A stretch of DNA of 64,000 bases from Candidatus Kapaibacterium sp. GTDB lineage: Bacteria; Bacteroidota; Ignavibacteria; Kapaibacteriales; UBA2268. The stretch spans positions 102,222 to 166,221 of the forward strand of contig OZ223198.1 of assembly GCA_965140345.1 (NCBI GenBank). Reading direction: 5' to 3'. Below are positions 19,507 through 31,737 of the stretch, one piece after another (position 1 is the stretch's first letter; every line of letters starts with the position of its first letter). The position numbers were made by a program, and so were the translations under genes. The notes below the pieces were generated by a model. It saw only the letters and a list, made by a program, of their open reading frames with translations. It made no database searches and was not told the DNA's origin.

Positions 19507-22500
19507 ATGCGCAGGTTACTTTTATTAATATCATTAATCATTGCACTCCCGCTACTTAATGCCAAATCAGATGAAGCAAAAGCACGGAAATACTTACAGG
19601 AAAATGATTTCAAAAATGCATATGAAGAATATAAAAAAACAGAAAGCACTTCGATAGAATCCTTCGTTGCTATAAGTGAAATAGGAGAATATCAGGCAAT
19701 TTTAGAAAACAACCTGCCTCAGTTGGAAGAATTATGTAATACATTAGATGATCCATCTCCGCTATTATACTTCCTTGTTAATTCCACAAAGTTCAGATTG
19801 GAACTTGAATTGAGTTTAGAAGATAAAATTGAATTTTTTGAGGAAATTCTTCAAAATAAAAAACTACATCCGCAATTAGTTTCTCTTATTCATGAGTCAC
19901 TTAGTGATTTCTATTTGAGAACCAATCAATTCGAGAAAGCTAAGCAAATCAAACAGAACATGGGTACAGTTGACAATTGGAGCCTTGCCGGACCTTTTGA
20001 AAATATATCCGGTTCGGGATTTGATAAAGTACATCCTCCTATAAATCATCCACAGAATGATTCCAAATTTATTGCTAAAAACAATATTGAATTATCCTGG
20101 TTTGACTATAATGAAAGATTCCACGGTAATTGGTTGGATATTGCTGAAAACATCTATATTGGTGGCGCTTTATGCTACGCTCAAAGTTATGTCTATAGCG
20201 ATAAAGATCAGGAAGTTGTTCTTGGTTTTTGGTTTTTCAGGTTCAGCTAAATTGTGGGTCAACGATCAGCTGATATTTAAAGAAAAAAGAGAAATGAATA
20301 ACGGCATGGATAGCTATGTATTTACAGCAAAGTTAAATAAAGGCTATAATAGAGTTTTAATTCAGATAGGCACCAGCGAAAATAACTTATCTAACTTCCT
20401 GCTTCGTTTTCTTGATAAAGATTTAAAACCGTTACCTCAATTTGAATCTAAATCTAGATATCAGGATTATAAAAAATCCAGTAACTATAAATCTCAAACT
20501 ATTCCAAACTTTGCAGTTGAGTATTACGATAAACATTATAAAGGTAAAGATTCTGAGTTAGTAATGTTCTCGCTAATCTCTTACTATATGTTTTATAATG
20601 GTCAAGTGCAAGAACACAGGTTGCGTTTAGAAGACTTACTAAAAAAATATCCGGATAATTATTGCATTTTGAAATGGGAAAGCCAAAATATTGGCAGCAA
20701 TCCGGATTTGGAAAGTAGCTACTTAATGAAAAAAGAATATCTGAAAGACGACAAATTCAAAACTGTTCTTGCAGAAATAGAAAGACTTGATGATATTTTA
20801 AAAAAAGAAGACTGGGACAGAGCACTTGAAATTGTAGATTCCTTATCAGAAGAAGGTGCTTCAGACTACTATCTTTATAACCTTAGAGCATCTTTATTGC
20901 AAAGCAATAAAGAATATGCAAAATACAATGACCTTATCATGGAGATGCATGACAAATATCCTGCAGATCTTAGCCTGACAAATAAAGTACACTCTATTTA
21001 TCAATATGATAAAAAAAATGCTTGAAGAAGCTTATGAAGTTTACGAAGATTATCTTGAAGATTATTATGTACAATCAATGATGTCTTCTTTGGCTCAGCA
21101 TTATTGGAAAACAAACAGAAGAGATGACGCTGAAGAGCTTTACGAGAAACTACTCAAATATTCTTCAAGATCCATCTATATAGTAAACCAAATTGCTAAT
21201 TTTTATTATCAGCAATCTTTATACGATGAAGCTTTAAAGTACTATTATGAAATAATAGAACGCAATCCTTTTGATGCAAATGTTTGCTCAAGAATAGCTG
21301 AATGCTACAGAGAAAAAGATGTTAAAGACAGCGCTATCAAATACTATGAAAGATCTATCCAATTGTACCCCGGTGATTTTGATGACAGAACATCACTTAG
21401 AAAATTGAAAGGTGAAAAGGATATTTTCGAAAAATTCAAAGAACCTGACATTGATGCAATAGTTAAAAATGCAAAAGGTGCAGAAGATTACCCGGATGAA
21501 AACGCATTGTTCCTACTGATTGAAAGTCAAAATATTTTATATAAAAGCGGCGCTCAAGAGCAGATTAGATACTTTGTAGCAAAACCGCTTACTCAAACCG
21601 GTGTGGATATGCTCAAAGAAAGCAATATGGGCTATGGATCTGACATCTTGAAAGCTGAAGTTAGAAAACAGGACGGCAGTATTGTTCAAGCAGATAACAT
21701 GATAGGAAGAGTAGTATTCACAAAGCTTGAACCGGGAGATGTTATTTATCTTAAGATGAAATCTACGGGTTATATTGATGGTTCTTTAACAGGCTATTAC
21801 GGAAACAATAATATCTTTAACACTGTTTTACCTTTAGAATCTTCAACTTTTTCTTTACTTAAAGAAGATGGTATTGATATAACATATAAAATGACAGGAG
21901 CTGACATAGAACCTGAAATTAAAAAAGTAGACGATATGACTATGTACACTTGGACATTATCCAATTTACCAAAAATTGAACCTGAGACTATGATGCCTCC
22001 ATTAAATGAAGTATGTGTTATGCTCCATTTGTCAAGTATCAAAGACTGGGATTATGTTTCTAAATGGTACTATGATGTATCAAACCCTAAAACTGAAGTA
22101 ACGTACGATGTTAAGCTTAAGATTAAAGAACTTTTTGAAGGAAAAGAAAATCTAAGCGATATGGAAAAAGTAAAAGTTATCTATAAATATATCACAGAAG
22201 AAATCAGATACAGTTCTGTTCCTTTTAGACAAACAGCTCTTGTACCACAAAATCCAACTAAAACGATAGATGCTAAAATCGGCGACTGTAAAGACGTCTC
22301 CGTTTTATTTGTGACTATGTGCAAAGCAGTTGGACTAGATGCAGAGGTTGTTCTGATAAGTAACCGTGAAAATGGTGAAAATTCTTTGGCTTTGCCTTCT
22401 ATTGGGTTTGAACATGTTATAGGTAAAATCAAGCTTGAAGGTAAAACTTATTTTGTAGAGTTAACAAGTGATGTTGTTCCTTTTGGAACTTTCTTTGGTT

Positions 22501-23225
22501 CTGCTAAAAAAGCATTCGGTTTGGAAATAAATAACTACAAAAAGAATGATCTAATTAGAGTAGATCCTGACTCAAGACCTAGAAATGCGGTTAGACGTTT
22601 TCTTAATGCAAAAATTAAAAATTCTAATCTAATCATAGAAAGCAAGTCTACTAAGATTGGTGGGCCGGCAGCATCACTGCGTGGTACATATAGAGATTTG
22701 ACTGCTGACAATCAGAGAAAAACTTTGACAAAAAGTATCAGTGAAGACTATACTTCAGTTGAGCTTCTAGACCTTAAGTTCGAAGATAATCTAAAAGACT
22801 TATCTGACTCTGTAAATTATTCTTACTCTTATAAAGTAAAAAATCCATTTACAGAAATCAAAAACATGAAGATTATGAAATTCCCTTGGATTGACTTTGT
22901 AGTAGCTGGTGACGTTACATCTGAAGATGAAAGAAAATATCCAATTGCACTTTGGAGATATCTAAATACAGATGAAGAATACAGCAGAGTTGAACTTGAA
23001 ATTCCTGATGGATTGAAAGTTTCTGAAGTACCTGAATCTGTATCTCTCAAATCTGAATTTGCTGACTATGAAGTAACGTACAAATTGGAAGGCAATAAAT
23101 TGATTGGTATCAGAAAAGTGGAATACAAAAACGATGTCGTTCCTGCAGAAAAATACCAGGAATTCAAAAAATTCTATGAACAAATGGTAGAAAGCGATAA
23201 CAGACAGATTGCTTTAGAAAAGTAA
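19507..23225 (+). pseudogene. Large TPR / DUF3857 / transglutaminase-like protein split by two +1 homopolymer frameshifts
   Basis: Three overlapping ORFs join if one T is removed at 20226-20230 (GFGFSGSAKLWVND) and one A at 21011-21018; GDCKD Cys and FEHVIG His motifs in the third part; could be sequencing error. Confidence 0.7.
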
Positions 23226-23248
23226 TCTGCAAAATAAAGATATGAAAT

Positions 23249-23287
23249 AAAACAAAAGGCTGCTTGAATTAAGCAGCCTTTTGTTTT
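23249..23287. terminator. Bidirectional intrinsic terminator
   Basis: Perfect inverted repeat AAAACAAAAGGCTGCTT...AAGCAGCCTTTTGTTTT between convergent genes. Confidence 0.85.
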
Positions 23288-23309
23288 ATCCTGTTTACTT
23301 AATAGTATT

Positions 23310-26090
23310 TTATTCAGTAACCACCAGTTTCACAGTGTATATTTTGTCAGTGTGTACTTTTACAAAATATACACCTGCAGGAAGGTTGTGATTTAATATT
23401 GCAGAACTATTGGTCGTATTATTTACTTGTTTAGAGTATAATAATCTACCATTGACATCAAATATTTCAAGACTTTCTATCGGATAATTCGATTGAATAA
23501 ACGATACATCTTCGCTGGATGGATTAGGATAGAGTTTTACAAAGTCATCATCTTTTTCTATAACACTTACTTCAGTGCTGATTTCAAAATACGCTCTGTT
23601 TGAAATTTCATTATAAGAATCATTTGTAAAAAAGACTACAAAATATTCGCCTTTTTCCTTTGGAAGATTATTGTCTTTAAACACTGCCGTGCCTGAAGGC
23701 TCTCCATTTACATAAACATAGCTTAGCAATGGATCTTTATTCGGATCATCATCTTTTTTATACATCCCTATATAATCTTTAGCTATTCCCGGACCATCTG
23801 TAAAATTCACAGAGATCAAATCTCCAAGATTGTATTCTAATTTGTCTGTATTTACAGAAGCTATGGTATCTCCCACAGAGAAGAATATTTTCTCACTTGC
23901 GGCATCATACCCATCTAATAAGAAATATTGAGCAAAGTAATATCCTTTTGCTAATGCATCAAATTCTACACTGCCTGCCTCTTGAGTGATATAACTCCAT
24001 ACATCTGAAGAAATATTACCGGGTGTTTTACCAATTTTGTATACACCAATCCAGTCATTCGCATTTACAGGACAGTTATTATAGTTCAATACAATTTTTT
24101 CGCCTTCAGAGTAGTTTTGTTTTGTAGTTTCAAGGATTGCTTTTTTGCCCACCGTTATCTCTACTCTGTCTGTTATTTCTTCATATCCATCATCCGCCAT
24201 TAAAGCAATGTAGTATTTACCATTTTCTTCTAAAGTGAAATTTGCAACCCCTGATGCACCTGTCAAATAAGCCCAAACTACTGAAGGCTCGTCACCAGGA
24301 GCAACTCCGGATTTATATATACCAATCCAATCTTTAGGATTCCCACTACATCCGGTATAAGAAACTTTTATAGTATCTCCAATTTGGAAATAATTTGAAT
24401 TTACAACCATCGCTGGATCTATAATAATGCTGTTTTTGACATCAAAAGCTTGAGCTTCAGACCATTCAGACCAAGTCAGATTTCTATCCCTATGACGAAC
24501 TCGAACGTAATGTCTACCATTCCCGATTTTACCTTTTGGAATTTCTAACTTGAAAATATCAACATTGGCGTTGATATCTTTAGTATCCCAAGGATTTTCA
24601 CCCATACCAAATAGATTTTCGTAATCTCGTAAAAGATCAATTTCAGTAATTGAGAAGCTTATATCCTGAGAAACTTGAAATTGAGTAGAATTATACAATT
24701 CGTCTGAATCAGTTTTGTATTCAGAGCTTTGGAAAGTAATTGGGAGTTCTATAGTATCTTGGACAACAGTACTGATTTCAGGAGTACTTGGAGGAGTAAT
24801 ATCAGAAAACTTCCTTGTAAATTTATCTATCAGGATATTATCTTCCCATACGTATTTATCTTTAGTATCAGTCCAATCATTTATTTTTGTAGTATAACCA
24901 ACTGAATAGCATTCTACGGTTATTTCTTTTTTGTCTGTATTGATTTCTACTATTTGATAAGCCCATCTTGGAATAGTCTTTTGTACATCATCAAAATCTT
25001 CTTCTTTAGACATTCCCCAATACTGATCCCATGCAGTTCCGCCTGAAATTATGTTATAAATCGGCAAATTTTTATCCTGACCGCGAGAATACAAATGGTG
25101 ATGAGCTCCTATGTGCATAAACATTTTAGAGCTTGCTGCTAAAACAGGATAAGCTGTGTTTCTGATCCAGCCGGAGATATCTCCTACGTATTGTTCTGCC
25201 TGGTAAGGTCTGTGCCCTAATGAAAAAATATGGCTTACTGTATTATCTTTATTAGCAGCATTTACAACTTGCTGAAGCCATGCTAATTGCACTTTATTAT
25301 AATCAGAATTGCCTTCAGTTGAAAGATTAATTATTAAAGCATTACCCAATTGGTAAGCATAATACTCTTCAGAGTTGCTTTTAATTCCCTGGTATTCCAG
25401 ACCGTCGTAATGGAAATGGTCAGCATAAAGTTGATTTTTTAGTGTGCCATAGGTTTCGTGGTTACCAAGCACTGTAGAGATTCCAATGTTTGGAGAAATA
25501 TATTTTGTTTTATCGAAGTGCACCCATTCGTAGTTATCCAGAGTTCCAATATCCACTTGATCACCCACCATTAGAACAGCATCTATATAATTGTTGAATG
25601 GTTTTCCATATTTCAGTTCGACATTGGACTTGAATTTGGTTATTATGGTATCGTATCGGGCTTCATTTTTAAGCTGGTTGTCCCCAATAATTGCAAATCG
25701 AATAATACCACCTGTTTGAGATGCTTGACCCGGACCAGGAAACGTTTTAAAAGAATATACTTCTGATGTTTTATCACCAGTTGTAACCTTGTAATAATAT
25801 TTAGTATTCGGAGACAGATTTGTGAGATGTGCGCAATGATAATAATAGTCATTATTATACCCTGCATCTGTCCATTGATTATTGTCTGGAGTAACAGATT
25901 GATCCAGATTGGTTTCAGAAATTCCATACTCTAATTTAGAACTTCCGGCATAATCAGTTTTCCAATTGATCCATACTGAGGTTGGAGTCGGTACTTCAAG
26001 ATAAGGTTCTCTGAAATCAGAAGAGGCAAAAAGGACATTGCCCGCAGCCAGTAAAATAAGTGCAATCATTGCACTTTGGATTCTAATCAT
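23310..26090 (-). CDS. Purple acid phosphatase-like metallophosphoesterase with Ig-like repeats and T9SS CTD
   Basis: GDNQ, GDQVD, GNHE, GHRP, HHHLY metal motifs; FN3-like N-terminus; three D(W/Y)IGxYK repeats; LYPNP...GVYFVKV T9SS tail. Confidence 0.85.
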   Translation of the reverse strand: MIRIQSAMIALILLAAGNVLFASSDFREPYLEVPTPTSVWINWKTDYAGSSKLEYGISETNLDQSVTPDNNQWTDAGYNNDYYYHCAHLTNLSPNTKYYYKVTTGDKTSEVYSFKTFPGPGQASQTGGIIRFAIIGDNQLKNEARYDTIITKFKSNVELKYGKPFNNYIDAVLMVGDQVDIGTLDNYEWVHFDKTKYISPNIGISTVLGNHETYGTLKNQLYADHFHYDGLEYQGIKSNSEEYYAYQLGNALIINLSTEGNSDYNKVQLAWLQQVVNAANKDNTVSHIFSLGHRPYQAEQYVGDISGWIRNTAYPVLAASSKMFMHIGAHHHLYSRGQDKNLPIYNIISGGTAWDQYWGMSKEEDFDDVQKTIPRWAYQIVEINTDKKEITVECYSVGYTTKINDWTDTKDKYVWEDNILIDKFTRKFSDITPPSTPEISTVVQDTIELPITFQSSEYKTDSDELYNSTQFQVSQDISFSITEIDLLRDYENLFGMGENPWDTKDINANVDIFKLEIPKGKIGNGRHYVRVRHRDRNLTWSEWSEAQAFDVKNSIIIDPAMVVNSNYFQIGDTIKVSYTGCSGNPKDWIGIYKSGVAPGDEPSVVWAYLTGASGVANFTLEENGKYYIALMADDGYEEITDRVEITVGKKAILETTKQNYSEGEKIVLNYNNCPVNANDWIGVYKIGKTPGNISSDVWSYITQEAGSVEFDALAKGYYFAQYFLLDGYDAASEKIFFSVGDTIASVNTDKLEYNLGDLISVNFTDGPGIAKDYIGMYKKDDDPNKDPLLSYVYVNGEPSGTAVFKDNNLPKEKGEYFVVFFTNDSYNEISNRAYFEISTEVSVIEKDDDFVKLYPNPSSEDVSFIQSNYPIESLEIFDVNGRLLYSKQVNNTTNSSAILNHNLPAGVYFVKVHTDKIYTVKLVVTE

Positions 26091-26428
26091 AATATTATCC
26101 TATAAGCAAATAATTAATATTTACGAAAGTAAACATTCCGTATATGCTTATAGTTTGTATTATGTGTAGTTACTATTAATCTATATCAAATATACATTAA
26201 ACAACACAATGCTTTTGATAAAAAGACTTTACAAACCATTTTGAATATATTATTGTGTATTTTTAAAGTATTTTAGAGTTATATTCTTTACGAAATAAGT
26301 TTACACATCCCTGATAATTATATTAAATAATACACTTTTAAGAATGGGAACGTAGAAGTGTGCAATATTGAATAATAAAAGAAAAAGGCCGCTTAGATAA
26401 TAAACTTAAGCAGCCCAATGAATAGTTT

Positions 26429-27367
26429 TTATTTAGCTAATCTGGTTTTGAAATCTTCTATAGTTTTTTTGAGACCTTCAAGTCTGTTGACTTTGGGTTC
26501 CCATTTCAAAATTTCTTTAGCTTTTGTGATATCAGGCTGTCTTACTTTCGGATCATCTGCCGGTAAATCTTCAAAGATTATTTTGCTTTCTGAACCAGTA
26601 AGATTTACTATTTCTTCAGCGAGTTGAAGCATAGTCAGCTCATCAGGATTACCGATGTTAGTAGGATTTACTTCATCTGACAACAGCAGTCTGAAAATAC
26701 CTTCGATTAAATCATCTACATAACATACTGAGCGTGTTTGTTTACCATCTCCGTAAACGGTAACGTCTTCACCTGAAAATGCCTGAGTAATAAAGTTAGG
26801 AATAGCTCTTCCGTCCTGCAGTCTCATGCGAGGGCCGTAAGTATTAAAGATTCTGACTATACGGGTTTCAACTCCATGGTATCTGTTATAAGCCATAGTC
26901 ATCGCTTCTGCAAAACGTTTTGCTTCATCATATACACCACGAAAGCCTACAGGATTAACATTGCCCCAGTAAGTTTCCGGTTGAGGGTGGATAAGCGGAT
27001 CGCCATAAGTTTCAGATGTAGAAGCCAGCAAAAATCTTGCATTTTTTGCTTTAGCCAGACCCAATGTTTTATGAGTACCCAAAGACCCTACTTTAAGTGT
27101 TTGTATAGGTAACTTTAAATAATCAATTGGAGATGCAGGTGAAGCAAAGTGAAGAATATAATCTAGTTCTCCGGGTACATACACATAGTTAGTCACATCG
27201 TGCTGAATAAACTCAAAATTCGGATTACCCATCAAGTGAGCAATGTTATCAGGTGAACCTGTTACAAAATTATCCATGCAAATAACTTTGTCACCATTTG
27301 CAATAAATTTATCACATAAGTGAGAGCCAAGAAATCCGGCTCCGCCAGTAATTAAAACTCTTGCCAT
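26429..27367 (-). CDS. UDP-glucuronate decarboxylase-like NAD-dependent epimerase/dehydratase
   Basis: [40 protein letters not shown]. Confidence 0.9.
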   Translation of the reverse strand: MARVLITGGAGFLGSHLCDKFIANGDKVICMDNFVTGSPDNIAHLMGNPNFEFIQHDVTNYVYVPGELDYILHFASPASPIDYLKLPIQTLKVGSLGTHKTLGLAKAKNARFLLASTSETYGDPLIHPQPETYWGNVNPVGFRGVYDEAKRFAEAMTMAYNRYHGVETRIVRIFNTYGPRMRLQDGRAIPNFITQAFSGEDVTVYGDGKQTRSVCYVDDLIEGIFRLLLSDEVNPTNIGNPDELTMLQLAEEIVNLTGSESKIIFEDLPADDPKVRQPDITKAKEILKWEPKVNRLEGLKKTIEDFKTRLAK

Positions 27368-27664
27368 TTTTTTGTCTTTTACTTTTTTCAAAAAAACAAT
27401 CTAACATTTTTTTTGCAATTATTTCGGGTCTCTCTTCTAAATTCTATAGGATAATAAACTTCTGAGATTTATTCACAATAATTCAAATATTATACTCGTT
27501 AGTAAGAATAATATTTAAGTCCTGTTTAATCGATAATTTATATCTATAACAGATTTGAATACATCCTTATAGCTCTCCGTTTTACATTACAAAATGAATC
27601 CGGAAAACGAATATAACTTTCTTAAATAAACAATTGTTTGAATTAATACGATAAGGGATGAATT

Positions 27665-28942
27665 ATGTCACTTTTAAAGAAAAAATTAGAAGAAGTTCTA
27701 CCTCCTCAAATTGAATCTATTAAGCAGTTTTTGAAAGAAAAAGGCGATCAGGTTGTTTCTCAAGTTACTTTGGCTCAGGTTTATGGAGGTATGAGAGGCG
27801 TTAAAGCATTGGTTTGTGACACATCAGAAGTACCACCTGATAAAGGACTTATCATCAGAGGTATTGAACTTAAGGATTTGGAAGATAAACTTCCTGAAGA
27901 AATTTACTGGCTTTTGTTAACAGGCAGCTTGCCAGACAAAGAAGAACTTAAAGACTTGCAGGAAGATTTAGCCAGCAGAATGGACGTTCCTGATTATGTA
28001 TGGAAAGTATTAGATAACATGCCGAATGATTCTCATCCTATGGCTATGTTTAATACTGCTATTTTGGTTATGCAAAATGAATCAAAATTTGCAAAAGCCT
28101 ACAATGTAGGTATTGCTAAATCTGAATACTGGAAGCCAACTCTTGATGACGCTTTAGATATTATTGCTAAGCTTCCTTCGATTGCAGCTTATGTTTACCG
28201 CAAACGTTTTAATAAAGGTGCTAGAATTGAAGGTGATAAATCTTTAGACTGGTCAGGAAACTATGTAAAAATGCTTGGTTTAGGCACTGGTGACGGTGAA
28301 TTTGCAAAACTAATGAGATTGTATCTTACTCTGCATTCTGATCACGAAGGTGGTAACGTAAGTGCTAATACATCAGCAACTATCAACTCTGCCCTTTCTG
28401 ATCTTTATTATTCACTTTCAGGCGGTTTGAACGGACTTTCCGGACCATTACACGGTCTGGCAAACCAGGAATGCCTAAAATGGGTATTGGAAACAATGGA
28501 TCAGTTTGGAGGAACTCCAACTGAAAAAGAACTGGAAGGATTCGCTTGGGATACTCTGAACTCAGGTAAAGTAATTCCTGGTTACGGTCACGCCGTTTTA
28601 AGAATTACAGATCCTCGTTTTGCTGCATTCTTGCGTTTCGGTCAGAAATATATGAGCGACGATCCTGTATTTGCTACAGTTGAACGTGTATTTAATGTTG
28701 TTCCTGAAGTGCTTAAACAAGTGAAGAAAATCAAAGATCCATGGCCAAACGTGGATGCTGGTTCAGGTGCATTGCTATATCACTACGGTTTGAAAGAATT
28801 TAGTTATTATACTGTTCTATTTAGTGTATCAAGAGCGCTTGGTATCACTGCTCAGGCTGTAATAAGCAGAGCCTACGGTTTACCAATAACAAGGCCTAAG
28901 TCCTTACCAACTGGTAAATACCAGAATCTTCTTGATAAATAA
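27665..28942 (+). CDS. gltA: Citrate synthase, eukaryote-like type
   Basis: HSDHEGGNVSA, GPLHGLANQE, PGYGHAVLR, PWPNVDA. Confidence 0.92.
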   Translation: MSLLKKKLEEVLPPQIESIKQFLKEKGDQVVSQVTLAQVYGGMRGVKALVCDTSEVPPDKGLIIRGIELKDLEDKLPEEIYWLLLTGSLPDKEELKDLQEDLASRMDVPDYVWKVLDNMPNDSHPMAMFNTAILVMQNESKFAKAYNVGIAKSEYWKPTLDDALDIIAKLPSIAAYVYRKRFNKGARIEGDKSLDWSGNYVKMLGLGTGDGEFAKLMRLYLTLHSDHEGGNVSANTSATINSALSDLYYSLSGGLNGLSGPLHGLANQECLKWVLETMDQFGGTPTEKELEGFAWDTLNSGKVIPGYGHAVLRITDPRFAAFLRFGQKYMSDDPVFATVERVFNVVPEVLKQVKKIKDPWPNVDAGSGALLYHYGLKEFSYYTVLFSVSRALGITAQAVISRAYGLPITRPKSLPTGKYQNLLDK

Positions 28943-29124
28943 TTAATTGGAATACATATTTTCTATTCTATTAATTTATGATAGCTAATATTATTCAATT
29001 ATCTTAAAAGTCAGGAATATATGCTACTAATAACTCAATAAAATGCTATTTTGATAGTCCTTAGATATGCTTGGGGTGTTAAGCCCCAAGCAACACTGAA
29101 CTATAAATATAAGGGGATCTTTTA

Positions 29125-30060
29125 ATGAAAATTACTGTAATAGGCGGAGGACACGTAGGTGCAACTTGTGCTCAATTGATTGCAAACGATGAATTAGCAA
29201 ATGAAGTAATACTTGTTGATATTCTCGATGGTATTCCTCAGGGTAAATCTCTGGATATGTATGAATCTATGCCAATTCGTGAATCTGATACCAGAATCAT
29301 TGGCTCTAACGAATACGAAATTACTAAAGATTCTGACATAGTTATCATTACTGCCGGTTTAGCAAGAAAACCGGGCATGACTCGTGATGACTTGTTGAAA
29401 AAAAATGCAGCGATTGTTTCTTCATGTGCTGAAAATGCTTTTAAATTCTCGCCTGACGCATACTACATCATCGTATCTAATCCATTAGATGTAATGACTT
29501 ATGTTGCTCTTAAAAAACTTGGCATTGCAAGAGAAAGAGTAATCGGTATGGCTGGTATCCTTGATACTGCTCGCTACCGCAGCTTTATCTCTATGGAATT
29601 AGGTGTTTCTATGCAGGATATCCAGGCTTTGATTTTAGGCGGTCATGGTGACACAATGGTTCCACTTCCACGCTTTACTACTATTGCAGGTATCCCTTTG
29701 ACTGACATGATGGATAAAGAAACTATTGACGCTATCGTAGCAAGAGCTGCAGGTGGTGGCGGTGAAATAGTTAAATATCTTAAAACAGGCTCAGCATATT
29801 ATGCTCCTGCATCAGCAGCAGTTCAAATGGTAGAAGCTATCGTTAAAGATCAGAAACGCATTTTCCCTTGCTCTGTTCTTCTTAAAGGTGAATATGGTTA
29901 TAACGATGTTGTTATCGGTGTACCTGTTCAGCTTGGTAAAGGCGGATGCGAAAAAATCATCGAATTAAACTTGAATGATGATGAAAAAGCATTGCTTGAT
30001 AAATCTGCTACTCACGTAGAACAGACTATCAAAGAAGCAACTGAAATGTTAGGTCTCTAA
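29125..30060 (+). CDS. mdh: Malate dehydrogenase (LDH-like)
   Basis: GGGHVG, TAGLARKPGMTRDDL, SNPLD, GGHGD, SAYYAP. Confidence 0.95.
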   Translation: MKITVIGGGHVGATCAQLIANDELANEVILVDILDGIPQGKSLDMYESMPIRESDTRIIGSNEYEITKDSDIVIITAGLARKPGMTRDDLLKKNAAIVSSCAENAFKFSPDAYYIIVSNPLDVMTYVALKKLGIARERVIGMAGILDTARYRSFISMELGVSMQDIQALILGGHGDTMVPLPRFTTIAGIPLTDMMDKETIDAIVARAAGGGGEIVKYLKTGSAYYAPASAAVQMVEAIVKDQKRIFPCSVLLKGEYGYNDVVIGVPVQLGKGGCEKIIELNLNDDEKALLDKSATHVEQTIKEATEMLGL

Positions 30061-30086
30061 TCCATATTAGAATATATACGTAAATT

Positions 30087-30122
30087 AAAACCCCGCTTGA
30101 TATGATTCGAGAGGGGTTTTTT
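30087..30122 (+). terminator. Intrinsic terminator after mdh
   Basis: AAAACCCC...GGGGTTTTTT. Confidence 0.6.
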
Positions 30123-30280
30123 AGTTTATGTTTTTTTAGTTTTGCTTGTGCAATATGTTATTTGCGGGAACAATCAATCCGCCTATTGTAGAGCACGTAT
30201 ACAATGTAAAATATTTCGACTTTTACGTTTCGACTCACTTCGTTCGCTCAACGAACTTTAAAAATATAAAATATTATTTT

Positions 30281-31693
30281 CTACTCCACAGCAAAACCCA
30301 CCATTTTAGATTCTACTCCGTTATCAATGAGCAGATACTAGATGCCTGTGCGGTATTTTGAGGACTGTATCGTTTTTGTCGCATTAAATCTGCTGTTATC
30401 ATATTCTACTTCATTATCCAGTTTATCTATCTGATTGCCCATGTAGTCGTAAATTGTAAATTTAAGGTCATCTACTAAATCAGGGCGCACATAGAATTGT
30501 ACTTTTGTTTGCGTTTTAGTAGGATTTGGATATGTGCGAAGAGTTATCATTGTAGGCACTGCTTCAACGGATGTTCCGTCAGGAAAATATGGAACTGCTG
30601 CATAAGTTGTGTCTGAATCAGGATTTATATATGGTCCGGCAAGCCAGATATAATCGTAAGGAGTTGGCATCATTGCCCAAACATTCGCTATTTCTGGAAC
30701 TTCGAACAGTTTAAAATCGCCTTCGTCTGTTTGTTTGAACAAAATAGGCTTAAAAGTTACCCAATCATTCAATCTTACAAGAAGTTTCCCATTTGGCAGA
30801 ACACGTAAAGAAGTGTAGATTTCATATTCATCATCTAAGAATTCTTCTATATATGGTCGAATTGAGGTCTCAGCAAGATCAATAAATTCAGTATCATGAG
30901 TCTTCAAATTAAAAATAAAAATGTGAGCTCTTCTGTCCAAATAATACATTTTATCACCTACTATTTGACAATCATTCGGCTGGACAGATATTTCTGTAAA
31001 AGGACTAAGTATTGAATCCAAATTCAAGGTGTAATATTCATCATGTGATAAATAATGTAGTTCTTTGCCATCTAGAGTTAAATATAGCAAGCCATCATTA
31101 TATACATTAATAAATTGATCAAGAGTAATAAAATTTTTAATTTTCTCTCCATCTATGTCTATAGTGTCAACTTTTATAGTCTTCTCATCTATAGTTATAA
31201 GATGCTTAGTATTGCCAAACAACCAGTATTTACCATCCCAGTATATTACTTCGATTAGGGAATTAATATAACCAAATAAGGCGCCGTAAGGTTTCCTTTC
31301 CCACACTACAGTAGTATCTTTAGATTGATAGACTAAATATGATTTTTGAGAATTAGGACCTGCAATCGAAGTATCCGGTATCGTAAATTGGACTGTCGAC
31401 GACATTAATCTTGAATTTTTTCCATATTCCAAATTACCTATCGATTTTATTTCATAGAGAGAATCTAATATCCCTATTTTTTCTATCATTTCAATTTCCG
31501 AACCAATTGAATGGAACTTATAAGCGTAAGATTGTCCTGTGAAATAATTTACACCAGAAGAATCAATGGATAGCTCTTTATATGGATTTATTTTTAGATT
31601 AGAATAATAAGGCTGACCAAAATAACCTTCTTCAGCTATTAATGCAGCAAAGCCTAAAAATAGTATTAGCAAAGTTTGTAACATTAATCTCAT
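30281..31693 (-). pseudogene. T9SS cargo paralog 5; TAG at 30338-30340 truncates the CTD by 19 aa
   Basis: Near-identical to 34628-36040; Tyr TAC changed to TAG; frame continues YLLIDNGVESKMVGFAVE to the native stop at 30281. Confidence 0.8.
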
Positions 31694-31737
31694 ATTTTTA
31701 CCTTAGATATTGTATAAATTTTGTAACTATGCTCAAG

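Noticed and set aside
30146-30361. Plus-strand ORFs here and at 34472-34708 with similar C-termini
   Set aside because: Antisense shadows of the repeated T9SS CTD
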